In this document: piece by piece, positions 8,355 to 18,714 of the stretch
Position numbering within the stretch: position 1 is the stretch's first letter
Layout of the letters: every line of letters begins with the position of its first letter
Source of the DNA: Betaproteobacteria bacterium
Lineage (GTDB): Bacteria; Pseudomonadota; Gammaproteobacteria; Burkholderiales; SG8-41
Length of the DNA stretch: 45,801 nt
NCBI GenBank assembly: GCA_025353085.1
Contig: JANXRI010000099.1
Span: 1 to 45,801, forward strand
Direction of reading: 5' to 3'
The notes under the pieces: model-generated
What the model saw: only the letters and a program-made list of their open reading frames with translations
Told to the model about the DNA's origin: nothing
Databases searched by the model: none
Position numbers and translations under genes: made by a program

Positions 8355-9383
8355 ATGCACTGCACCCTGCTCATTCCAGATCTGCTGCCGCCCGCCGAAC
8401 TTGGCGCCGAACTATACGCCGGCTTGCGCCTGCCGTTTTTGACGACGGTGCTCGCGCGCGGCACCACGATCCGGCATGCAGCCGTGCCGTTCGAAGACTG
8501 GTTATGCGAGCGCTTTGGTGTCACGCGTCAGCAGGATCATCCGCTTGCGGCGTTGATGCTCAAAGCCGATGACGGCGAACCCGGTTCGCATTACTGGCTG
8601 TGCGCCGAGCCGATTCTACTGCGCGTCGATCGCGACCGCTTAATCGTGGCGGCACGCATCGGCGACTACAACGCCGCCGAAGTTGCCGAATTGATCGCGG
8701 CGCTCAACCAACATTTTAACGCGGATGGCATCGACTTCTGCGCGCCCACGCCGTTGCGCTGGTATCTGCGCACCGGGCGGACGCCGGCACTCGTCACGCA
8801 TTCATTGGCGAGTGCGTTGAATCGCAGCATCAAACATCATTTGCCGCGAGGCGATGATGCGCTGGCCTGGCATGGCGTAATGAACGAAGCGCAAATGATT
8901 CTGCACACCCACCCGGTCAACGAGGCGCGTGAAGCGCGCGGCGCCGCAATCGCCAACAGCATCTGGTTATGGGGCGGCGGCGCCTCCCCGCGTGTTTCGC
9001 TGACGCCTTATGCGGCGATTTGGGGCGGCGGTCCCGTGGTGAGAGCACTCGCGCGCGCCGCAGACATCCCGTACGCCGGGTTACCCGCGAGTGCTTCAGC
9101 GTGGTTAGCCAACGCTGTAGCCGGGCATGCGCTCGTCGTGATTGACGGCGCGGCGAATGCTTTGCGCGATGGCGATATCACAGGCTGGCGCGATCAACTG
9201 TCGGCGATTAATACGCAATGGATACAACCGTTGACGACGGCGTTACGCAATAAAACAATCGACAAGCTCACGCTGATTGCGTGCAACAGCGAAAACCTGC
9301 TTGCCACCAACGTTGAACGAGCCGACCTGTGGCGCCTCTGGCGGCGCGCACGGCCACTCGCCGCCTATGCAGCCAATGCGTGA
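8355..9383 (+). CDS. Conserved uncharacterised protein, RpfE-type (usually annotated regulatory protein or phosphoglycerate-mutase-like)
   Basis: 342 aa. MHCTLLIPDLLPP N-terminus and NSIWLWGGG block. The position directly upstream of recJ-prfB-lysS matches what I recall for RpfE-type genes. Confidence 0.55.
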   Translation: MHCTLLIPDLLPPAELGAELYAGLRLPFLTTVLARGTTIRHAAVPFEDWLCERFGVTRQQDHPLAALMLKADDGEPGSHYWLCAEPILLRVDRDRLIVAARIGDYNAAEVAELIAALNQHFNADGIDFCAPTPLRWYLRTGRTPALVTHSLASALNRSIKHHLPRGDDALAWHGVMNEAQMILHTHPVNEAREARGAAIANSIWLWGGGASPRVSLTPYAAIWGGGPVVRALARAADIPYAGLPASASAWLANAVAGHALVVIDGAANALRDGDITGWRDQLSAINTQWIQPLTTALRNKTIDKLTLIACNSENLLATNVERADLWRLWRRARPLAAYAANA

Positions 9384-11088
9384 GCCCGCGGTGTCGTTGA
9401 ATCTGGCGAGGCGCAACTCACCGCCCGCTGCGGCCAAAGAGCTTTGCGCCGCCGGCTTCCATCCGCTGCTTGCGCAGATTTATGCGTCACGCGGCATCAC
9501 GTCGGCGTTGCAACTGGCCGCCGAAGTTGGCGGCCTGTCGCCGCTCGCGGGTTTGCGCAACGTCGAGCGTATGGCGCAGTTGTTGGCGGATGCAATCGCC
9601 GCCAAACAAAAACTTTTGATCATCGCCGACTATGACTCCGATGGCGCTACCGCTTGCGCGCTCGGCATGCGCGCGCTCGGCGCATTTGGCGCGGTCGTCG
9701 ACTTCCTCGTGCCGAATCGTTTCGAGTATGGCTATGGCCTCACCCCCGAAATCGTGGCGCTCGCGAAGAGGCTCAAGGATCCCGCCATCCTGATCACCGT
9801 CGACAACGGCATTGCGAGCGTCGATGGCGTCGCGGCGGCCAACGCGCTTGGCATGCGCGTGCTGATCACAGACCATCATCTGCCCGGCGCGGTGCTGCCC
9901 GATGCGTGGTGCATCGTTAATCCGAATCAACCGGGCTGCGGCTTTCCAAGTAAAAACCTGGCCGGCGTGGGCGTGATGTTCTATCTGATGCTGGCCCTGC
10001 GCGCCGAGCTTCGCAAGCGAGGCGCTTTTGCGAATAAGCCCGCGCCCAACCTTGGCGCGCTGCTTGACCTGGTCGCGCTCGGCACCGTTGCCGACGTGGT
10101 CAAGCTCGACGATAACAACCGCATTCTCGTGCAGCAGGGATTGCAGCGCATACGCAGCGGCAAAACATGGCCCGGCATTGCCGCCTTGCTGCACATCGCC
10201 GGCCGCGATGCGGCGCGTGCGTCGACCTACGATCTGGGTTTCGTCGTCGGGCCCCGTTTGAACGCCGCCGGCCGCCTCGACGACATGGCAATCGGCATTC
10301 AGTGCCTGATCGCCAACGATGATGGGACGGCCGGGCGCCTGGCGCGCAAGCTCGATGAATTAAACCGCGAGCGCCGCTCGATCGAATCGGATATGCACGA
10401 AAACGCGCTGGCCTCGCTCGCCGCCGTCAAGCCGCAGGACGGCGCCAGCCTGTGCCTCTTCGAACCTGATTGGCACCAGGGCGTGATCGGGATCGTCGCT
10501 TCGCGCCTCAAGGAGCGTTTCCATCGCCCCGTCATTGCCTTTGCCCGCGGCAACGATGGCGAAATCAAAGGTTCGGGCCGCTCGATCGCAGCGCTGCATT
10601 TGCGTGACGCGCTTGATCTCGTCGCCAAACGCGAACCCGAACTCATCCTGCGATTCGGCGGGCATGCCGCCGCAGCGGGCCTCACACTGCGTGAAACTTC
10701 ATTCGGCCGCTTCCGCGCTGAATTCGAAGCGGTGGCGCAAACCCTGTTGACGCCGGCCGACCTTAAACGCGTGATCGAAACCGACGGCGCTTTGCCGGTC
10801 GAGCATTTCACGCTTGACGCAGCGCGCGTGCTGGAGCATCAAGTGTGGGGCCAGGGTTTCGCGGCGCCGACCTTCGACGATGAATTCACCGTTGCACGCC
10901 AGCGTATAGTAGGCGAGCGTCATCTCAAACTGCGCCTGGAGAAGGACGGCCGCGAAGTCGAAGCCATGTTGTTCTCGCATGCAACACCATTGCCGCCGCG
11001 AATCCGCGCCGTCTACCGGCTCGCGACCAATGAGTGGAACGGGACGCAAACGCTGCAGCTCACTATCGAGCATTGGCAAGACGCGTGA
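9367..11088 (+). CDS. recJ: Single-stranded-DNA-specific exonuclease RecJ
   Basis: DHH motifs IIADYDSDGAT, ITVDNGI and ITDHH, plus DHHA1 GGHAAAAG. The track ORF from 9277 overlaps the upstream gene by 107 nt. The likely start is the ATG at 9367 or 9376, the latter inside ATGCGTGA, which overlaps the upstream stop. Confidence 0.9.
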   Translation: MQPMREPAVSLNLARRNSPPAAAKELCAAGFHPLLAQIYASRGITSALQLAAEVGGLSPLAGLRNVERMAQLLADAIAAKQKLLIIADYDSDGATACALGMRALGAFGAVVDFLVPNRFEYGYGLTPEIVALAKRLKDPAILITVDNGIASVDGVAAANALGMRVLITDHHLPGAVLPDAWCIVNPNQPGCGFPSKNLAGVGVMFYLMLALRAELRKRGAFANKPAPNLGALLDLVALGTVADVVKLDDNNRILVQQGLQRIRSGKTWPGIAALLHIAGRDAARASTYDLGFVVGPRLNAAGRLDDMAIGIQCLIANDDGTAGRLARKLDELNRERRSIESDMHENALASLAAVKPQDGASLCLFEPDWHQGVIGIVASRLKERFHRPVIAFARGNDGEIKGSGRSIAALHLRDALDLVAKREPELILRFGGHAAAAGLTLRETSFGRFRAEFEAVAQTLLTPADLKRVIETDGALPVEHFTLDAARVLEHQVWGQGFAAPTFDDEFTVARQRIVGERHLKLRLEKDGREVEAMLFSHATPLPPRIRAVYRLATNEWNGTQTLQLTIEHWQDA

Positions 11089-11185
11089 GTGTTTTAGGTC
11101 GAGCCACCTGTTTGAGGCAAATTCGCAATGAACGTCCTGTATAATCGCGCTTTTTTCGCCCCGACGTCCGTCATAAGAAACCGTC

Positions 11186-12290
11186 ATGGAAGCCGAACAA
11201 CTCAATGCCATAGCACGGCGGCTGCAGGACCTGAGCCAGCGCAACGCCGAGCTGCGGAGGTATCTTTGACTTCGAGGCCAAGCAATTGCGCCTCGCCGAA
11301 GTCGTCAAGCTCGCGGAAGACCCGGCCGTCTGGAACGATCCTAAACGCGCGCAGGAACTAGGCCGCGAGCGCAAAACGCTCGAGTCTCTGGTCGCGACGA
11401 TGGCAAAGCTTGACCAGGACTTGCGCGATACGACTGAACTCTTCGGCATGGCGCGCGGTGAAAGCGACGACCCGACGTTGAACACGATCGAAATCGAAGC
11501 ACGCGGGCTTGAAGAAACGGTCGCCGAGGTCGAATTTCGGCGCATGTTTTCCAATCCGATGGATCCCAACAACTGCTTTGTCGATATTCAGGCCGGCCAG
11601 GGTGGCACCGAAGCGCAGGACTGGACTCAAACGCTCGAGCGCATGTACATGCGCTATTGCGAGCGCAAGGGTTTTCGCGTGGAACTCCTCGAGGAATCAC
11701 CCGGGGATGTTGCCGGACTTAAAAGCGCGGCGCTAAAAGTCACCGGCGATTATGCGTTCGGCCATCTACGGACCGAAACCGGCGTGCACCGGCTCGTGCG
11801 CAAATCGCCGTTCGATTCGAACAACCGGCGCCACACGTCATTCGCGAGCGTGTTCGTTTATCCCGAGATCGACGACACGATTGCAATCGAGATCAACCCC
11901 GCTGACCTGCGCATCGACACGTTTCGCGCGTCCGGCGCCGGCGGCCAGCATATCAACAAGACGGATTCCGCGATCCGCATCACGCATGCGCCGAGCGGCA
12001 TCGTCGTGCAGTGCCAGAGCGACCGTTCGCAGCACCGCAACCGCGCGGAGGCGATGGCCATGCTGAAGGCGCGCCTCTACGAGCTCGAAATCAGGAAACG
12101 CAACGAGGAAAAACAGGCGCTTGAAGATACCAAGACCGATATCGGCTGGGGTCATCAGATCCGCTCGTACGTGCTCGACCAGTCGCGTATCAAGGATCTG
12201 CGCACCAACGTCGAAATCGGCAATACTCAATCGGTACTCGACGGCAATCTCGACGACTTCATCACGGCCAGCCTTAAGCAGGGCATATAA
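11186..12290 (+). CDS. prfB: Peptide chain release factor 2, requires programmed +1 frameshift at 11264-11270
   Basis: Frame 0 reads [30 protein letters not shown]. After skipping T11267 the reading continues [12 protein letters not shown]... into track ORF 11286..12290, which carries the SPF and GGQ motifs. The joined product is about 367 aa. Confidence 0.92.
11256..11270 (+). other. prfB +1 frameshift cassette (internal SD-like GGAGG, slippery CTT, in-frame TGA, C)
   Basis: GGAGG TAT CTT TGA C. This is the same architecture as the classical AGGGGG TAT CTT TGA C site of E. coli prfB. Confidence 0.9.
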
Positions 12291-12302
12291 GGGACTTACC
12301 TC

Positions 12303-13829
12303 ATGAGCGACCAACCCGTCAGCATTAACCCGGACGTTTCGGCAACTCCGGAAGTCGACGAGAATCAAATTATCGCGGAGCGGCGCGCGAAGCTGCAGGC
12401 GCTGCGCGCCAGGGGCAACGCCTACCCGAACCAGTTTCAGCGGGAAAATCTTGTCGGCGATCTGATCGAGAAATACGAGGAGCGCGATCGCGACTGGCTC
12501 GACATGAATCCGGTCGTCGTCAAAGTCGCGGGCCGCATGATGTTGAAGCGGGTGATGGGAAAAGCGAGTTTCGCCCAGTTGCAGGATTCGAGCGGCAGCC
12601 TGCAGCTTTATATCACCGACAGCTATCCGGGCAAGGAACAGCACGCCGACTTCAAACACTATGATACCGGCGACACGCTCGGCGTCGACGGGGTGCTGTT
12701 TAAAACCAAGACCAACGAACTAACCGTGCGCGTGAAGAACCTCGTGATGCTGGCTAAATCGCTGCGGCCGCTGCCCGAAAAATTTCACGGCCTCACCAAC
12801 CAGGAGCAATGCTACCGGCAGCGCTATGTCGACCTGATGATGAATGAAGACACGCGGCTGCGCTTCGTCAAGCGCTCGCGCATCATCCAGGCGATTCGCG
12901 ATTTTTTCATCGCCAAACGCTATCTCGAGGTGGAGACGCCGATGATGCATCCGATTCCGGGCGGCGCCTCGGCGCGGCCGTTTGTCACGCATCACAATGC
13001 GCTCGACATGCAGCTTTACCTGCGCATCGCGCCCGAGCTGTATCTCAAACGGCTGGTCGTCGGCGGCTTCGAAAAGGTATTCGAGATCAACCGCAATTTT
13101 CGCAACGAAGGCATGTCGACGCGCCACAATCCGGAATTCACGATGCTTGAATTCTATTGCGCGCACCGCGATTACAATTACCTGATGACGAACATCGAGA
13201 AGATGATTCGCGTGGTCGCTTTCAACGCGCTGGGTGTCACCGCCATTACCTACCAGGGCCGCGAGATCGATTTGATGAAACCGTATGCGCGGATGACGAT
13301 CATCGAGGCGATCAAAAAATACCACCCTGAGATCACCGATGAAATACTGGCGAGCCGTGAGGCGCTCACCGCCAAACTGAACGAACTTAAAATCGCGATC
13401 CGCCCGCACGACGGCATTCATGCTTTGCAACTGACGCTGTTCGAAAACACGGTTGAGTCGCAATTGTTCGAGCCGACGTTTATTTACCATTATCCCGCCG
13501 AAGTCTCGCCCCTTGCGCGGCGCGACGATGCGCACCCGGAGTTCACCGAGCGCTTCGAGCTCTATGTGGCCGGCCGTGAACTCGCGAACGGATTTTCAGA
13601 ACTCAACGACCCCGAAGACCAGGCCCAACGTTTCCTGGAGCAGTCCCAGCGGAAGGACGCCGGTGATCAGGAGGCGATGCACTACGACGCGGATTACATC
13701 CGTGCGCTGGAATACGGGCTGCCGCCGACCGCCGGCGCCGGCATCGGCATCGACCGGCTCGTCATGCTGTATACCGACAGCGCGAGTATTCGCGATGTCA
13801 TTCTGTTCCCCCAGATGCGCCCAGAGTAA
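12303..13829 (+). CDS. lysS: Lysine--tRNA ligase, class II
   Basis: 508 aa. [20 protein letters not shown] (motif 2 region) and GIGIDRLVM (motif 3 region). Confidence 0.95.
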   Translation: MSDQPVSINPDVSATPEVDENQIIAERRAKLQALRARGNAYPNQFQRENLVGDLIEKYEERDRDWLDMNPVVVKVAGRMMLKRVMGKASFAQLQDSSGSLQLYITDSYPGKEQHADFKHYDTGDTLGVDGVLFKTKTNELTVRVKNLVMLAKSLRPLPEKFHGLTNQEQCYRQRYVDLMMNEDTRLRFVKRSRIIQAIRDFFIAKRYLEVETPMMHPIPGGASARPFVTHHNALDMQLYLRIAPELYLKRLVVGGFEKVFEINRNFRNEGMSTRHNPEFTMLEFYCAHRDYNYLMTNIEKMIRVVAFNALGVTAITYQGREIDLMKPYARMTIIEAIKKYHPEITDEILASREALTAKLNELKIAIRPHDGIHALQLTLFENTVESQLFEPTFIYHYPAEVSPLARRDDAHPEFTERFELYVAGRELANGFSELNDPEDQAQRFLEQSQRKDAGDQEAMHYDADYIRALEYGLPPTAGAGIGIDRLVMLYTDSASIRDVILFPQMRPE

Positions 13830-13847
13830 CTGCGCGCGCAAGCCGTC

Positions 13848-15812
13848 ATGACTACTCCACTCTGGCAACCTTCGCAAGCCGCCGTCGACTCGTGCAACAT
13901 GACGGCACTCATGCGTGCGGCCAGGCGCAAATACGGAATCGAACTCGCCAACTATGCGGCGCTTCATGCATGGTCGGTGCGTGAGCCGGCGCAATTTAAC
14001 CGTCTGCTGTGGGAATTTTGCGGTGTCATAGCCGGGCGTCAGGGTGACATCGTACTCGAACACGGTGACCGCATGCCGGGCGCACGCTGGTTTCCGCAAG
14101 CGCAACTTAACTTTGCGGAAAACCTCTTGCGCCGGCGTGACACCGGCGTTGCGATCGAATTCTGGGGCGAGGACCGCGTTAAAAGCAGCGTCACGCATGC
14201 CGGGCTCTATCACGAGGTCTCGCGACTTGCGCAGGCTCTGCGTGCAAGCGGCGTCAAGGCCGGTGATCGTGTCGCGGCTTACATGCCGAACATTCCGGGC
14301 GCCGTGATTGCGATGCTCGCCGCCACCAGCATCGGCGCCATCTGGTCGTCATGCTCGCCGGATTTCGGCGTGCAGGGCGTGCTCGACCGCTTTGGGCAGA
14401 TCGAACCGCGCATACTCTTCAGTGCTGACGGTTACTTTTATAACGGCAAGACAATCGATGTGCGGCTACGGCTCGCGGAGATCGTCGCCGCCTTGCCGTC
14501 GATCGAAAAAGTAATCGTGATTCCGTATACGCAACGTTCGCCGGCGATTGACGCAGTGCCGCGCGCAATCGACGTGCACACGTTCATGGCGCCTTACAAA
14601 GCCCATCCGATCGAGTTTGCGCAACTGCCGTTCAATCATCCGCTTTACATCATGTATTCGTCCGGTACTACGGGGGTGCCGAAGTGCATCGTCCACGGCG
14701 CTGGCGGCACCCTGCTGCAGCATCTGAAAGAACAGGCGATGCACGTTGACCTCAAGCGCGATGATCGCCTGTTTTATTTCACGACCTGCGGCTGGATGAT
14801 GTGGAACTGGCTCGTGTCGGGTCTCGCGACTGGCGCCACCATCGTGCTGTACGACGGCTCGCCGTTCCTGGCCAACGGCACGATATTGTTTGATTTCGCC
14901 GACGCGAGCGGCATGACCGTATTCGGCACGTCGGCCAAATTTATCGACGCGCTCGCGAAGGCCGGCTTGCGCCCCGCGGCAACGCATAAATTAAAAACCC
15001 TGCGCGTCCTGCTGTCGACCGGGTCGCCGCTGGTGCCCGAAGGTTTCGACTATGTTTATCAGCACATCAAACGCGACATCAACCTCGCGTCAATGTCGGG
15101 CGGCACCGATATCATGGGCACGTTTGTGTCAGGCAATCCGCTGCTGCCGGTATGGCGCGGCGAAATCCAGTGCGCGACGCTGGGCATGCAGGTCGAAGTG
15201 TTCGATGACGATGGAAATCCGATACGTGGCGTGAAAGGCGAACTCGTGTGCACCGCACCGTTTCCCTCGATGCCGGTCGGCTTCTGGAACGACCCGGACG
15301 GCAAAAAATATCACGCCGCCTATTTCGAAAAATTTCCGAATGTCTGGTGCCACGGCGATTACGTTGAATGGACCGGGCACGACGGCATGATCATCTATGG
15401 CCGCTCGGATGCGGTTTTAAATCCCGGCGGCGTGCGCATCGGCACCGCGGAAATTTATCGCCAGGTCGAACAGCTCGATGAAATCGTCGAAAGCCTGGTT
15501 ATCGGCCAGGACTGGCCGCCGGTGCAGCCGACTGACGTGCGCATCGTGCTGTTCGTGCGGCTGCGCGATGGCCTCAAGCTCGATGATGCGACCATCGAGC
15601 GGATCAAGCAGCATATCCGCACGACCACGACGCCGCGCCACGTGCCGGCGAAAGTGGTGCAAGTCGACGACATCCCGCGCACCAAGAGCGGCAAGATCGT
15701 CGAGCTCGCCGTGCGCCACGTCGTGCACAACCGGCCGGTGAAAAATCTGGAAGCGCTTGCCAATCCGGAAGCGCTCGAAATGTTTCGCGATCGCGCCGAA
15801 CTGCAGAGTTGA
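13848..15812 (+). CDS. Acetoacetate--CoA ligase (acetoacetyl-CoA synthetase)
   Basis: 654 aa. The N-terminus PLWQPS...LHAWSV.EP..F is typical of acetoacetyl-CoA synthetases. AMP-binding motif [14 protein letters not shown]. Confidence 0.85.
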   Translation: MTTPLWQPSQAAVDSCNMTALMRAARRKYGIELANYAALHAWSVREPAQFNRLLWEFCGVIAGRQGDIVLEHGDRMPGARWFPQAQLNFAENLLRRRDTGVAIEFWGEDRVKSSVTHAGLYHEVSRLAQALRASGVKAGDRVAAYMPNIPGAVIAMLAATSIGAIWSSCSPDFGVQGVLDRFGQIEPRILFSADGYFYNGKTIDVRLRLAEIVAALPSIEKVIVIPYTQRSPAIDAVPRAIDVHTFMAPYKAHPIEFAQLPFNHPLYIMYSSGTTGVPKCIVHGAGGTLLQHLKEQAMHVDLKRDDRLFYFTTCGWMMWNWLVSGLATGATIVLYDGSPFLANGTILFDFADASGMTVFGTSAKFIDALAKAGLRPAATHKLKTLRVLLSTGSPLVPEGFDYVYQHIKRDINLASMSGGTDIMGTFVSGNPLLPVWRGEIQCATLGMQVEVFDDDGNPIRGVKGELVCTAPFPSMPVGFWNDPDGKKYHAAYFEKFPNVWCHGDYVEWTGHDGMIIYGRSDAVLNPGGVRIGTAEIYRQVEQLDEIVESLVIGQDWPPVQPTDVRIVLFVRLRDGLKLDDATIERIKQHIRTTTTPRHVPAKVVQVDDIPRTKSGKIVELAVRHVVHNRPVKNLEALANPEALEMFRDRAELQS

Positions 15813-16095
15813 CGCGGTAGTTTAGTTGCATCCGTCGCGCAGCGCCGTCGGCCCGGTCGCGGCACCTTGGTGGTCGGTTTCGTAATTCGAGTGCATACGC
15901 AGGAGGCTAACGCAGGCGCCCTGCCTGATTCGTAAAACGCAGGCGGGCGAAGCGCTTGCGCTACGGGTGTCGCCGCACGTGGCAAGCAGCAATGTGTTCG
16001 GCGCATTGCACCCGGGCCACATTTGGCGCAGCGACAAACTTCAACGCCATCAGAATCAATAGACTCTTATGCGCCACACAGAATGAAACACTACA

Positions 16096-16911
16096 CTAGT
16101 TAACGTTCCAGATCTGCCACCACGGTGCACTTTTGACGCCCTTGCCCGACAAATACTTGCTCTCCGGGAAGTTCGTTTTCATCACGCGCTCGGCGTCGTT
16201 GCGCAAGTCGGCCATGCCGAGTTTGTCGTATGCCTGCACCAGAATCAACAGCCCTTCTTCGTTCGCCGGCGCGTTGGGATAAGTTTTCAGCGCGTATTGC
16301 ACGCGGTTGGCGGCCGCCACGAACGCGCCTCGCTTCATGTAGTACTTCGCGACGTGAACCTCATGCGCGGCGAGAGAATTCACCAGATAACTCATGCGAT
16401 CAGTCGAATCCTGCGCGTATTTGCTGTCGGGAAAACGCGCGACGAGATCGCGAAACGCGTCGAATGATTCACGCGATGACTTGGGATCGCGCTCGGTCAT
16501 GTCCTGCCCGGAGAAGTTACTCGTAAGCTTGCCGAGAATGCCCAGGTCTTCGTTGAAGTTGGCAAGACCCTTCAAATAGTACGCATAGTCGACATTGGGA
16601 TGGTTCGGATGCAACTTGATGAACCGGTCGGCGGCAGCGAGCGCCGAAGTGACGTCTTTGTCCTTGTAATACGCGTAGGCAATTTCAAGCTGCGCCTGCT
16701 GAGCGTAGCGGCCGTACGGATAGCGCGCTTCCAGCTTTTCGTAGAGCTTGATCGCTTTTTCGTAACTGCCTTCGTTTAGATTCGTCTTGGCTTCCGAGTA
16801 CAATTTATTCGCGGACCAGCCGCGGGTTTCATCGTCGTTCTGCGCCGGCAAGAGCCCGCAGCCTGCCAGGCACAGCATCAGAATTAACGCTAAACTTGAA
16901 CGCATAACCAT
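16096..16911 (-). CDS. bamD: Outer membrane protein assembly factor BamD (YfiO/ComL lipoprotein)
   Basis: Lipoprotein signal with lipobox LAGC, TPR-like repeats (YEKAIKLYEKLEARYPYGRYAQQAQL...). Divergent from rluD, as in many proteobacteria. Confidence 0.9.
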   Translation of the reverse strand: MVMRSSLALILMLCLAGCGLLPAQNDDETRGWSANKLYSEAKTNLNEGSYEKAIKLYEKLEARYPYGRYAQQAQLEIAYAYYKDKDVTSALAAADRFIKLHPNHPNVDYAYYLKGLANFNEDLGILGKLTSNFSGQDMTERDPKSSRESFDAFRDLVARFPDSKYAQDSTDRMSYLVNSLAAHEVHVAKYYMKRGAFVAAANRVQYALKTYPNAPANEEGLLILVQAYDKLGMADLRNDAERVMKTNFPESKYLSGKGVKSAPWWQIWNVN

Positions 16912-17902
16912 GATCCTTGCGCGGAAATCGGCAAATTATAACGCATCGTCAACCGTCGACCTTCTGCGACTGGTAGTGCCCGCCAGTTGTGCCGGCCGGC
17001 GTTTAGACCAGGCGTTGTGCCTTTTGTTGCCGCAATTTTCACGCAGCCGGCTCGCGCAGTGGATCCGTGATTGCCGCGTCGAAGTCGACGGTGCTGCAGC
17101 ACTGCCTAAAACCAAAGTATGGGGCGGCGAAAAAGTTTCGGTTGACCCGGTCGCAGACCCTTCGACCACCACCGCCACTGCCGAAGACATCGCGCTTAAC
17201 GTCGTCCATGAAGACGCGGCTGTGCTCGTGATCGCGAAGCCCGCCGGACTTGTCGTGCATCCGGGTCGCGGCAACTGGAGCGGCACGCTTTTGAACGCAC
17301 TGCTCGCGCATGCGCCGCACCTCGCAACCTTGCCGCGCGCCGGCATCGTTCACCGGCTCGACAAGGAAACGAGCGGCTTACTCGTCGTCGCGAAATCGCT
17401 CGAAGCGCAAACGAGCCTGGTACGGCAACTACAGGCGCGGAGCGTGAAGCGCGAGTACCTGGCGCTCGTCCACGGGCGCGTCGCGCGCGATGGCAAAGTC
17501 GAAGCGCCGATCGGCCGCCATCCGGTGCAGCGCACCCGCATGGCGGTGGCGGCGCGGGGCCGCCCTGCCATCACGCATTACGAAGTGCTTAAACATTTTG
17601 CGCATGCGACCCTGTTGCGCTGCCGTCTCGAAACGGGACGCACGCACCAGATACGCGTGCACATGCAGTCGCTCGGCCATCCGCTCGTTGGCGATCCGGT
17701 TTACGGAAAAAAGCGCAGCGCCGACCCGCTGCTCGCGGCGTTCCCGCGCCAGGCGTTACACGCCGAGCGCCTGGAATTCATTCATCCCGCGAGTCTCGAA
17801 CCGGTGTCATGGCAGGCCGCGCCACCAGCCGATCTGCGTATTTTGATCGGCGCCCTCGAAGCGCAGCTAATCAGCGCCCTCGCAGCGCAGCCTTCTCTAT
17901 GA
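16910..17902 (+). CDS. rluD: 23S rRNA pseudouridine synthase RluD
   Basis: S4-like N-domain (GRRLDQAL...LAQWI) and catalytic HRLDKETSGLLVVAK motif. Start uncertain: the first ATG not inside bamD is 16910, and a GTG about 25 codons downstream (...VPASCAGRRLDQ) is possible. Confidence 0.85.
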   Translation: MILARKSANYNASSTVDLLRLVVPASCAGRRLDQALCLLLPQFSRSRLAQWIRDCRVEVDGAAALPKTKVWGGEKVSVDPVADPSTTTATAEDIALNVVHEDAAVLVIAKPAGLVVHPGRGNWSGTLLNALLAHAPHLATLPRAGIVHRLDKETSGLLVVAKSLEAQTSLVRQLQARSVKREYLALVHGRVARDGKVEAPIGRHPVQRTRMAVAARGRPAITHYEVLKHFAHATLLRCRLETGRTHQIRVHMQSLGHPLVGDPVYGKKRSADPLLAAFPRQALHAERLEFIHPASLEPVSWQAAPPADLRILIGALEAQLISALAAQPSL

Positions 17903-18642
17903 ATCCGCCGCACGACTGGATCGTACCCGACTGGCCTGCTCCGCCGGGCGTCGGCAGCCTGATCACCACGCGCAATGGCGGCGTCTCCGTGGGAGCGCAC
18001 CGGAGTTTCAATCTTGGTTTGCGCGCGGACGATGACCCGGTCGCCGTCGCCGCGAACCGCGCAATATTGCGGGCCCACTTACCGCAAGAGCCGGTATGGC
18101 TTAAGCAGGTGCATGGCGCCCGGGTCGTGCGCGCCGACCAAGTGACTGGCGAACCGGAAGCAGACGCTGCGTACACGCGGCAGGCGGCTACTGTCTGCAC
18201 CGTCATGGTCGCCGATTGCCTGCCAGTATTGTTATGCGATACAAACGCGAGCGTCGTCGGCGCTGCGCACGCCGGCTGGCGTGGCTTGAGTAGAGGCGTG
18301 CTCGAAAACACGATTGCGGCGATGAATGTGCCCGCACATGAATTGCTCGCGTTTCTCGGCCCGGCAATTGGTCCGGACGCATTTGAAGTCGGCGCCGACG
18401 TGCGCGACGCCTTTATCGCGGCCGACGCCGCTGCCGCTGCTGCGTTCTCGCCGTTGAGCGAGCGCAAGTGGCTGGCTGACTTATTCCTGCTCGCGCGCCA
18501 GCGTCTCGCTCGTCACGGCGTAAACCGGATATACGGCGGCGGCTTGTGCACGTTTCGAGACGCCGTCCGGTTTTACTCGTATCGGCGCGACAAAACGACC
18601 GGCCGCATGGCGGCCATGATCTGGCTCGCGCCCGCCGGATAA
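17899..18642 (+). CDS. pgeF: Peptidoglycan editing factor PgeF (YfiH / DUF152, laccase-domain protein)
   Basis: ADCLPVLL and HAGWRG motifs. The ATG at 17899 overlaps the rluD stop (ATGA). The classical bamD/rluD/yfiH synteny is present. Confidence 0.85.
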   Translation: MNPPHDWIVPDWPAPPGVGSLITTRNGGVSVGAHRSFNLGLRADDDPVAVAANRAILRAHLPQEPVWLKQVHGARVVRADQVTGEPEADAAYTRQAATVCTVMVADCLPVLLCDTNASVVGAAHAGWRGLSRGVLENTIAAMNVPAHELLAFLGPAIGPDAFEVGADVRDAFIAADAAAAAAFSPLSERKWLADLFLLARQRLARHGVNRIYGGGLCTFRDAVRFYSYRRDKTTGRMAAMIWLAPAG

Positions 18643-18714
18643 ACACAGGAAGTCACGGCGCCTCGTTTATAATGCGCGCCTTTCATCAGGTCACGCACTC
18701 TTGGTGTCATCGAC

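Noticed and set aside
11838-13535. ORFs 11838..12659 (273 aa) and 12720..13535 (271 aa), antisense to prfB and lysS.
   Set aside because: These are shadow ORFs opposite universally conserved genes, with no motifs.
15813-16095. 283-bp convergent intergenic region with a 71-aa ORF (15822..16037, minus strand). Considered as a small gene or ncRNA.
   Set aside because: The ORF is Cys/Arg-rich with no start context. I could find only short hairpins (GCAGG-CGC-CCTGC, the AAGCGCTT palindrome) and nothing resembling a tRNA, 6S RNA or riboswitch.
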